Below are positions 34,258 through 43,903 of a DNA stretch of 43,903 nt, piece after piece (the stretch's first letter is position 1; each line of letters opens with the position of its first letter). A program made the position numbers and the translations under genes. The notes under the pieces were generated by a model. The model was not told the DNA's origin. It did no database searches and worked only from the letters and a program-made list of their open reading frames with translations. Source of the DNA: Nemertoderma westbladi (taxonomy: Eukaryota; Animalia; Xenacoelomorpha); the NCBI GenBank assembly GCA_032718475.1, contig JAUCBJ010005758.1, forward strand, positions 1-43,903, read 5' to 3'.

Positions 34258-36636
34258 CTCCCACATCAATATCCCAAACGACCAGACATCACTCTTTGAA
34301 GTGTAGACCATCCCTTTTCCATATCCTTCCGGTGATGTCCATTTTATCGGAATCGCTTTCCGTCCAGGACCCATTGAGTAAACTCCTTCATCAGGCTCCC
34401 TTGACAAACCAAAATCAGAAATCTTCACAGTAATGACATCATAGACCAAACAATTACGGGCAGCTAAATCTCTGTGAATGATATTACTCGCCTCAAGATA
34501 GCACATACCATGACTCACATCCATACACATCGATAGCATGTCTCTCTGTGGGATCATTGACCTATGCTGTTTAAGATATTTCAATAGTTCTCCCTTAACA
34601 GCATACTCAAGAACAATATACTTCTTTAACATAGTAATTCCTTCTAAACGGACAATATTAGGATGCTTCAAAATTTTGAGCAGCTCTGCTTCACCTAAAA
34701 ATTGATCATGTTGTAAAACGCTTGAACATGTTTTTATTGCGACGGATTTATTGGTCGTCTCAAGCATCCCTTTATAGACTTCTCCAAAGTTACCCTTTCC
34801 AATAGAATTACCTTGTGTCAAATACCTGTCCTCAATAACCCAAGGTTCTTTGCGCTTTCCACATGGATGAGTAAGCCGTAATCCGCTGGAATGAGTAACT
34901 GGAATTTTACGTTGAATCATATCATTCAGAAGATCCTTTACAGAATGATAACTATCCCTTTCCAGTTTGTACTTCCCATTTTCGTATAAAATCTTAAAAT
35001 GAGAGCAATTATTTTTGGAAGCCGGGCTGTAAACGCTTATGATAAATTTTTTATACTTCTTTGAGTAGCGCACCAGGAACTCTTCAGGTTTTTCGAGAAG
35101 AGTTTCTGCATCTTGTCGGGTTATATCTCCATAGTACCATATTTCATTTTGCATTCTGTCATGAGACAACGTAACAATATTATCTTCCCTTCTTAAAGAG
35201 GATCTTTTAAAGGATTGTTGAGAGAAACGATTCTTAGCTGAGTTATCATCACTGAATGGTTTAACACGTGGTTGAACATTGTAAGAATCACTTGCGGGAT
35301 TGTGGGATCTTCTCCAACTGTCTTTAAATATGCGATGTTCTTTGTCCTTGGCAGGACTACTGCTCCGACTACGAGGAGATCTCCTCCTGAAACCATCTCC
35401 AGCGATATCTGGAAGACAAATTTCCTTTTCAGGTAACTCCATTGCACCCTTGATCATGTCCAATTGTTCCTTCGCTCGGCCCTGCTCACTCCTATGGTCA
35501 CTTAGCAATATCTTTATTCGAAATTTATCGAGTTGCAATCGAAGTAGTTGCATCAGTGAATAATCATCTACATTAGTACATTCAGCCAATCTCTCTTCAA
35601 CAGCAATGAGAGCCTTTTCATCATCTTCTAATCTCTGAGTGGAAATATCATGACGTCTGGTGACATCACCCAAATTCAATTTCAATTCCTCTATGCCGTA
35701 GTTAGAAACAAGTACTGGAATGTTGTTAATAACTTCTTTATAATTAACAAATGGTTCTTTTTCTAATTTATTAATTCCTGAACTTCCGAAATGCGATGAA
35801 CAAATCTCGTAGTTTCTGGAAGCACCATGGTTCATTAACTCATCCTCGGGTTTGAACATACTGACAGTCTCACAAAACTCATTATTTAATGCTACTTGAT
35901 TTTTGAGATATTGGCTATCAACTGCAGCACACTTTTTTAAAACACTAAGAAACTGTTCATACAAATTGCATTGAATACTTTCAAACCCATCCAATATCTC
36001 TGGGAGTGGACTATCCTTAGTCTGATAATCTTCCAAGTTAACATAATCAACATTTAGCTTATTTTGTAATTGATGCAAATTTTTCATTGTCTTTAGGTAA
36101 TTGTCTTTCGCAGATGTCAAATGTTTACCTTCATGTCCAATACTTAGGACTCTCTCATACTTTGTTTTATTAGTACTCTCCTCTTTCAACAGGGACTCAA
36201 TTTTCTTTTCATTTTTTCTATAATCTTGGGTCATTTTTGTTGTCTCATCTGTTACACATTTTACTTTTTCTTGGAGCATCTTGAAAGATGTTTTTCGTGC
36301 CATCCTAAGAGCTGTTAAAATTGGTAACACCTCCTTTTCTAAATCATGGATCGCCACTTTTGTGTAGTCAGACATCAACCCTGACCCTTCAAAGGCGCTT
36401 CGACATATTGACAGAAGTGGTGAGTTATCGGATTTACTTGGAAGAAAACGATAATTTTCTATCTCTGTTAACTTTAGAGATACATCTTTCATGTATTTGA
36501 TTTTAGTTTCAACAAGCCATTGAAGGGCATCAATGAGTTTTAGTTCAGTAGTACACTGAGAATCCAAGAATGAAAATCCAACACTATTGTTTAAGCGCTG
36601 GCTATATGAAGAATATTGAACTGCTGGTTGAGCCAT
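34258..36636 (-). CDS. FER: Fes/Fer-family non-receptor tyrosine kinase, exon 1 (F-BAR-like coiled coil, SH2, kinase); spliced product ~866 aa
   Basis: SH2 motif WYYGDITRQDAETLL..FLVRYS. Kinase motifs IGKGNFGEVYKG, VAIK, HRDLAARN, DFGLSR, EGVY, IPIKWTSPE and SDVWSFGILMWE. The N-terminus is ~400 aa of helical sequence. GTAAGA donor at 34257 gives a 157-bp phase-0 intron. The symbol denotes the Fes/Fer family, not proven orthology. Confidence 0.92.
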
Positions 36637-37303
36637 TAAATTGAGTTAATAATATTGATGGTGAGATTAACTATTGAAGTTATTATGAAGATTGTAACTA
36701 CCTGAGTATCAACAGTTTCAAATTTAAAAATAATATCTTGTACTCACTATTTACTGTAATGTTCTAGAACATTACAAGAAAAGTATAAGTAAATTTAAAA
36801 GTAGAAAAGTTTAAATTGCAATTGTGTATAATAAAGTTAGTTATGCTGTTGAGTACAAGTATGTAAAGTTTAGTAGAACAAAATGACTATTTTAGGACTA
36901 TTTCATATTTCAGGTATTTTCAAGATAATGGAAGCAATTTCGATATGTGATCCAATTTGTTTAAACCTTTCAGTATTTTCTCTATTTTTGTGGTAAGATT
37001 AATATTGGTAATGCTCTAAGATAGTGTGGTGCCCAAACTACCTTATAGGTAAGAGCCAAGATAGGGGGAAGCTTTAGGTTGCCTCCAGTAATTTATGGTT
37101 AAGTTAACTTTACTTAACATAGCATCTATATCATTGAGGTATAGGGGGGGGTTTGGAGTGTTGCAAGATATCATTAATTGCGGTATGGAAACCCCAATTA
37201 TCATTTGATGTATTACCATATAAGAGTCATTGTATTGCAGTAGTAAGTTGGCGCACATATACGGTTGTGGGACCGACTGTCAAACTCTCCTGTAACAGAA
37301 GAC

Positions 37304-37585
37304 TAATTACGTTTATATTAAAAGTTAGGGTAGGCCTAATATAATGAATTAAATTGAATATATTTTGATGGCTAAGTGCCAACATTTTCAATAATCCCAA
37401 AACAATAATAGTTATATATATATATATATTCTATAACTATAATATTAGACGTTACTACTATAGTTACATAGTCATATCATATATAATCTACTATTTTAAG
37501 ATTATTTATTGACAATGTAGGCACTTAGCCATTGAAATAAATTTAATTTCTATATTACCCTTACTTTCATAATAATACGTAATTA
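37304..37585. mobile_element. Degenerate ~280-bp foldback element
   Basis: Inverted pairs TAATTACGT/ACGTAATTA, AGGGTA/TACCCT and ATGGCTAAGTGCC/GGCACTTAGCCAT around a TA-rich centre. Confidence 0.65.
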
Positions 37586-37732
37586 ACGTAATGGGGTGAT
37601 ATGATTCGGCTATCATTATCTGGGTCAGAGTCATTTACCATTCATCTCATTGCTGCTGTAAGCAGGATGATGCTTCGGGCAGAAGAGATGAAGCGGTATG
37701 CCTGGGTCAGTGGTCTAATGTGAAACATAAGC

Positions 37733-38032
37733 GATGGGTGTTGAAAAACAACAAGATATAGGGTCTAAACACCGGAAAATAATATTAAATTCAGAAAACA
37801 AAAGTTATCACCCTACCGGGCTATTTCAGGTTTAATAAAAACGTATGTACTAAATGTAAATATTTAATACTATCGGACTATTACATATTTACATTTAGTA
37901 CATACGTTTTTATTAAACCTGAAGCAGCCCGGTAGCGCGAAAACGTTTGTATTTTGAATTAAATATTTTTTGCCGGGGTTTAGATCCAATAAATTTGCCG
38001 GCCTATATATCTTGTTGTTTTCAACACCCATC
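37733..38032. mobile_element. 300-bp foldback/palindromic MITE
   Basis: Ends GATGGGTGTTGAAAA(A)CAACAAGATATA / TATATCTTGTTGTTTTCAACACCCATC, with an inner perfect 39-bp arm pair 37825-37863 / 37885-37923. Confidence 0.85.
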
Positions 38033-38917
38033 CTTTGGCAGAAAGCCGTAGTGAATGAAGGTGTACCGATGTACGACTCTTAAACCATCGGAATAGAGGT
38101 TAAGGTTTTCTCAGATGGATGTAACCATGGCGGGTGTATATAACCGAATCACTAACAATACACAGGAGCCACCACCACAAATCTGTGAAACCATATCAGA
38201 ATATTCACCGATAACTAGGCCATCTGAAACCTCAGAAGCAACCCGAAGTCTTCCCGCTTTTGGTTGAAGGCAGGGAAAAGAGGAGGGTGTCACTGCAAAA
38301 CTAAACAACCCATTCTTTATTCCCCAGCAGAGGCCAAGCTTCCATTGTGCGTCTGGGTTTGCGTAAAGACTAATCTCTAACTAACTATTTGACTATGAAC
38401 AGAAAGAGTGTGAAATTTTTACATCCTTTAGTGGATTCGAACCTGCACGTCAAACATTATTGTGACAGCAGCAGTCAGTGTTTTCCTGTCAACAAGGTAA
38501 ATAAAATAGATTACTTATTTACTTAGAACGCAGCAAGTGACGGTCAATAAAGTCGATTCAGGAACAAGAAGAAACGTAAATTTAAGCATTATATTTTCTG
38601 TTTTTCTCAGCAAGTTCAAATTGTCTTGATATTGCTATTTGATATAACTTGATAATTCAACTGTTTATTTGAACTGGAGCTTATAATTAATCAATCATAC
38701 GTAATAGTAATTTTTTTGAAACTGATACTTTATTTTCTAACGGTATTAAAAATTGCAACATTCTTTTAAATCGGAGGGCAGAAATTGGTACAATAGTACT
38801 TCAGTTAAAGTCATTAGATTATTAATAAATCATTATGTACTGTAATTATTTACCTTATAGCAGTTTTAAACGGAAAGTTAATTTTTCCCAGTGGTTAATT
38901 AATACACTAATTGAACT

Positions 38918-39498
38918 AGGACAATTGCCACCCGGCCAAATGCCTCCGAATGCTTTGCTTTCCAATGCTTTTCCACTGGACTATTATTGCCCCCGAGAAA
39001 AATTGCCTGCCGGCAATTGGCCCACGATATCTTATTTACAGAATATATTTCCTACGATTTTCTAGAATTCAATAATATTAGCCTTGATTTAATATTTATG
39101 TGTTTTTTCTAAATATTTAGATTTTTTTCTAGAACAATTTGATTGGCCTTATGCTATATATCGGTATAGCTTTGTTAAGAGATATTGAATAGCTTCAGTT
39201 GGTTAATATTTTATTTTAATTGAAATGAAATACTTCAGTTGGGAAATATCGGAATTATTGAGCACATAATTAAGCAAACATGGAATTTTTATATAATATT
39301 TAGCTAAATAAAATTAATTTTAATGTTGTAACAAGTAAGAGGAACTTGACATAACTTGTTAGTTAGGAACGACCTTTTTATTTTGCAATTTTCCTCGGGG
39401 AAAATTTATTGTTTGGTGGGTAAGTGTCATTGGGGGGCAATTGTCCGCCGGGGTAATTATTCGGGTGCTACTATCCTCTGGAGGAATTGTCCGGTTAT
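38918..39498. mobile_element. Old MITE with inverted GGACAATTGCCCC-type subterminal repeats
   Basis: GGACAATTGCC-like motifs at 38920-39020 are mirrored by GGGGGCAATTGTCC-like motifs at 39395-39492. Boundaries are approximate. Confidence 0.45.
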
Positions 39499-40671
39499 CC
39501 TTGAGTCCTATCACGCAAAAATAATACATAATAATAACTTGCATAGCACCAGGGTCGGAATTCGATTGTGGGGCGCCTTATGCCTTGCCTATTAAATTCG
39601 GTCTAAATGTTTAGGGCCAGGTGTTAGTAGTTTGTTGTTAGGCCTATTATTTCCCTGATACTTTCATTAATAATAATTGCTAATTTTTTCAAATGTAACA
39701 AATTTCACAGATGATAATGATATAAAAGATAATAAAATAAGAATGTTTATTTTTTAATTTTATATTCTTTACATGCCGTGATGGTACAAATTATTCTCTA
39801 TTAGTTACCGGTATACCATTTTATTTTCTTGGATGTTAGTCACACACTGAGAGTAATGGAATATAATCATAACGCATTCAATAATGAAGTAATAATACTT
39901 CAAATTTAGTGTTATTATTATTATGTTAGAGGCCCCATTAGTGTAGGAAGCCAGCACCATTGCTAAGGGAGGCCCTAGTTCAAGGTCTATTTGATTGGCC
40001 TATACCTAACACGTCCCTGCGCACATAGCACGAAAGTACAGTATATACTGTATTATTATAAATTTAAATAAATAGTTTTAAAATTAATTAAATCATAGAA
40101 ATTTCATTTTCGGTAAATAATTCAACTATTAATAACCTATATAATATAAAGCAATTAGTTACACCTTTACTTATATAAATCATTCAGGTAATAAAAACTC
40201 CCTTTTTATTGAATAAGTAGAGTTAAGCCCTGTCAGTAACACTCCTTTATCTGCTGGTATTTGAATATTAAACCGTGATATTACTGTTGGATTTATTATA
40301 AAATAAAACTAGTAACTAACTAGTTGTGCTAGTGATAACGTGATGAACTTTGGTATTAGGCCTACCACCGACATCCAGCATACAAACAGTTTTGCAGTAT
40401 TCGGGTAATAACAAAACCATTTGATCAGTCAGTAATAAATAAACTACCACAGAATTGGTGTATTTATTTGCCTTTAATATTATAGTCATAGAGATTTAAT
40501 CTATGATGTGTGTTGGTCATTTTTCTTGGAAATTAAATCAATATTATAAACAGAGACTTTTCAAATAATGAAAAATAGTTTTTAATTTTGAACACAACTT
40601 CACCTCACTCATATGAGCATATTTTGACACCATACAAAATATACTAGAAACTGTAATATTGTACCGGTACT

Positions 40672-42619
40672 GGGCAATTCCATCGTTACGGACTCACATT
40701 CATACGCAATTTTCGAATTTAATTGGCATATTTAATTAATAACTCTACAATATAAATAACATTCACCTATGGTGGCTGTTGGATTAATGGTACATCTTTA
40801 CTTTGACTTATAAAAAAGAATTTTATCTCATTTGATTCATAGGATATTGTAAATATAGTACCCGTTACGGACTCACATGCAAATGGACAAAGAAAAATTA
40901 CCCAATTGTATTTTGACAAATTCTCTTGAAATGTTTAACGCCATACGTTATAATTTTCACAATGCGAGGTAGATACATCAAATTTTGTAAATTTGTAAGT
41001 TAGTAGCAGAAACATATGGTGGTAAACCTCATTTATAGAGAAATTGTTCGTTACGGACTCACAGAAAAAAATGTTACGGACTCACACTTGAAATGCGCTT
41101 TATGCGCTCGTTATACAGTATTGTTTAGAAAAAAAGAGCAACGACCAATGAATGTTTATGGTGTTTATTCAATAAATATATTTATTGCTTATATACCTTT
41201 CGCTTTCACAAGGTACCTTAAGAATCACTATTTAGATATATCTTTAGTAGTGTTCATATTTTGAGTAGGCATATTTGGTGTGTGTATAGTAGTGTATATT
41301 TAATATCCTATAAGTTCATATGACCATAATTTGTTAAAATAACCAATTTCTAATTCTTTAACAACATAAATACCACGTTCACGGAAAATTTTTTATACTG
41401 GAAAATAAATTTTGAACAGTATTTCGTTGTATTTATGATTTAACTATCACTGTACTTAAGTTATTTCCACCTTGGCGTAGTTGGTTAAATCGGTGGCATT
41501 GAAATCACATCTCTTCTTGGGTCGTGGGTTCGATCCCATCATGAGGGCTAGGGTAGTTTTCGTTTCGGCACGAATACTTTAATGACCATAAAGGGACTTA
41601 TTAGCCAGGGCGCATCTCTTCCTTCTGTAAATGGTAGCTAAATGAATAGGTCTGGGGAGACCGCACTGGAAATAATTATTGAGACTTTGTGCATAATCCC
41701 TGGCCTAACAGACGATTTTTTGTATCACAATCCATCATTCGCTCACTCGTTTCATGAAATCTTGGCGAACTTCGAGTGTATCATACTATACCATCTTGGT
41801 CAGTAACTTCTGTCATCCGTGATATATGCCGTTTGGCCCTTTCGGCCCAGAAATGTGAGTATTAGACGTAAGAGACAGGATTAAACGGGCGCAATGAAGA
41901 ATGTCGTACATCAGGAAGATGTATGAATGAATACGTTCGAATGTACTGTCGATGGAGAATTGTCAGACTAAAAGGAGCTGAATACTTTCAGTTTACATAG
42001 TGAATAATGTATACAAAGCAGAATGATTCTTACCTAACCTACCGCGTGGTGAGTCCGTAACGAAAAATTTGTGAGTCCGTAACGCTGTTCTTAAACAGTT
42101 CAGCTGCAATACAGACCATAGAGACCTAATGGATGGTTTTGATTGGTTGTAAACCCAAAGGAAAATGATTGTCAGTGCAATACACATGCGGGATGTACTC
42201 CAAATTAAAACTTTATGTACTTTTCGTTACGGACTCACATAATTCTGTAGGCCAAATCTAAAATTTTTGAAATTTTGAATACACAATGCTATTCTGTCAA
42301 TATTCAAATTTTTATCATCAATAGCTTCTAATAAATGTTGAATTTTCGGTTGGTGTAATTACCTGTCTTAATCAGACAATTTCAATGGTAGTAAGATTAT
42401 GTCAAAAATGACATGTAATAATTTCTACAAATTTGAAAATACGTAAAAAATTTTCCTCATATTGAATAGTGACAAACCAGTTGTTACCCTCAAAAATATT
42501 AAGAATCCGTCACTTTTATTAAAAATTTAATTCTTTCTCGTCATTTTGATACCAAAATTATGCTGATTAGATGACTTTTTATTTTCGACATAAGTGTTAC
42601 ATCAATGGTGGAATTGCCC
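40672..42619. mobile_element. 1.95-kb non-autonomous TIR DNA transposon, Sola2-like
   Basis: TIR GGGCAATTCCA..., TACT duplicated at 40668-40671 and 42620-42623, and the internal motif GTTACGGACTCAC present about 7 times in both orientations. The family call rests only on the GRG terminus plus the 4-bp TSD. Confidence 0.8.
41470..41715 (+). mobile_element. tRNA-derived SINE nested in the Sola-like element
   Basis: A box TGGCGTAGTTGG (~41473) and B box GGTTCGATCCC (~41528), followed by a non-tRNA body. The 3' boundary is approximate. Confidence 0.65.
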
Positions 42620-42652
42620 TACTGTTGATCAGATAGACAGTATAAACCCACG

Positions 42653-42712
42653 CTGGCACAGTAGCGCAGTGGGAGTTCAAGAACACCGAATTCAGGTATT
42701 GGGTCGAACCTT
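42653..42712 (+). mobile_element. Degenerate tRNA-like Pol III head
   Basis: TAGCGCAGTGG (A-box-like) and GGGTCGAACC (B-box-like). Confidence 0.35.
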
Positions 42713-43619
42713 TTTACACTCCGCTCTAACTCAATTACTCAAAAAGAGGCATCAAAATTCTTAGGTATTTATATTGACAATAAAATTGACTGGAAAAAAT
42801 CTCGAAACTTACTGGAATTTATTTTTCAAATTAAGATACATTCTACCTCTGCACATTATAAGAACCCTCTACTTCGCACTAGTTCATCCACATATCCTAT
42901 ACGGAATATCACTCTGGGGCAACGCACACAAAACAAACTGATAAATTGAAAATAAAGGTTAATAAAATTGTTCGAGCAATAACTTTTAGCCATTATCTAA
43001 AGTATGTCACACATATATATTCAACAATCTACATTTAATAACTATACTGTATACACGTGTTAGTGCAATCACATACTGTATGTAAAGACGCACGAAATAA
43101 ATAAATTGAAAAAAATCAATCGAAGGTCCGAAAGTGGCCATAATGGACCTTCAATTTTTTCGGACCTTCATCCTGTTGGGACCTTCTACCCATATCGGGA
43201 CCTTCGCCCTTGGTATGTGGGGCCTAATTAGCAGATAATAATTATGAAGTCGGGTCCTTTTCTAATCCAATTGATTGCCGATTTGGGGTAGGGGAGAACA
43301 GCGAGGGTTAAACCGTGAGGAGGGGTGAATCAGTAGGGGTGACACACCATTAGAGAGACAATTAAAAACTGCACCTACTGTTGTACTTAGTCCAACACTA
43401 GCCTACATGTTGTTTTGCTATGAAGGAAAGTATACTTTTCCCACCTGTTTTCTAGAACTGATACCTCTCTGTTTCAATAAATGTGATACTTTTCTGGTGG
43501 AGAAATTATTCAGCTTCAAAATTAAGTATAGATGATAACAGTATGTCACTGGTCTGCACTTTTCATACACAATACATTTTACAAAATCTGGAGTAGTGGA
43601 GTAGGCTTGAGTCAGTGGA

Positions 43620-43705
43620 GGGGTAGGGGAGGGTTGAATCAGTTCGGATGGCAGGGTAGGAGGGTTGAACCATAGTTCGGATGGCTGGGTAGGAGGATTT
43701 AACCA
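43620..43705. repeat. ~32-bp degenerate tandem repeat (GGGTAGGAGGGTTGAA..AGTTCGGATGGC) x ~2.5
   Basis: Read directly; a related motif occurs at ~43284-43340. Confidence 0.6.
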
Positions 43706-43903
43706 CTTTCCTATTGGTTGTTCTGACTATTTATCTACAGGTATGGATGGTATTTAGTAGGACTAATTCACTTTGCATATTTCATAGCTACTTTCTTGTC
43801 TTGTAGCAGATAACGGTTGAGGAAGAGTGAGTCCGAACCATAGCCACAGGCTATAGTCACTCAAGAGGGGAGAATAATAAATACACCCGATTACCTATAA
43901 TTG

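Noticed and set aside
34230-35563. Short ORFs overlapping the Fer kinase (34230-34433, 35193-35447, 35300-35563)
   Set aside because: These are antisense or alternate-frame shadows of the real CDS. The same applies to the shadow ORFs over the LINEs.

Overview
AT-rich, transposon-dense animal (invertebrate-like) genomic DNA; it is not prokaryotic, and there is no CRISPR, rRNA or intact tRNA. One clearly intact host gene is present: a Fes/Fer-family tyrosine kinase (F-BAR-like + SH2 + TK) on the minus strand, with two exons (36636-34258, 34100-33879) and about 866 aa. There is also an intronless LRR/RNI-like ORF (23617-24801) and a decayed WD40-like gene (6748-8001). About 10.1 kb (13183-23292) is a C-rich/G-rich satellite of interleaved 15-bp and 21-bp units, which produces the many repetitive ORFs in the track. 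The rest is nested transposable elements, several resolvable to the base by target-site duplications (TSDs). These include a piggyBac-like MITE and a Bel/Pao remnant split by a TG..CA insertion, which itself holds a TIR MITE. A near full-length RTE-like LINE has a second RTE inserted in its structured 5' end. A CRE-like fragment, tRNA-derived SINE heads, foldback elements and a Sola-like element complete the picture. No new biological system is demonstrated. The best candidates for follow-up are the multi-frame-open satellite and the structured LINE 5' end. Family assignments come from motif recognition by eye, not from database searches.
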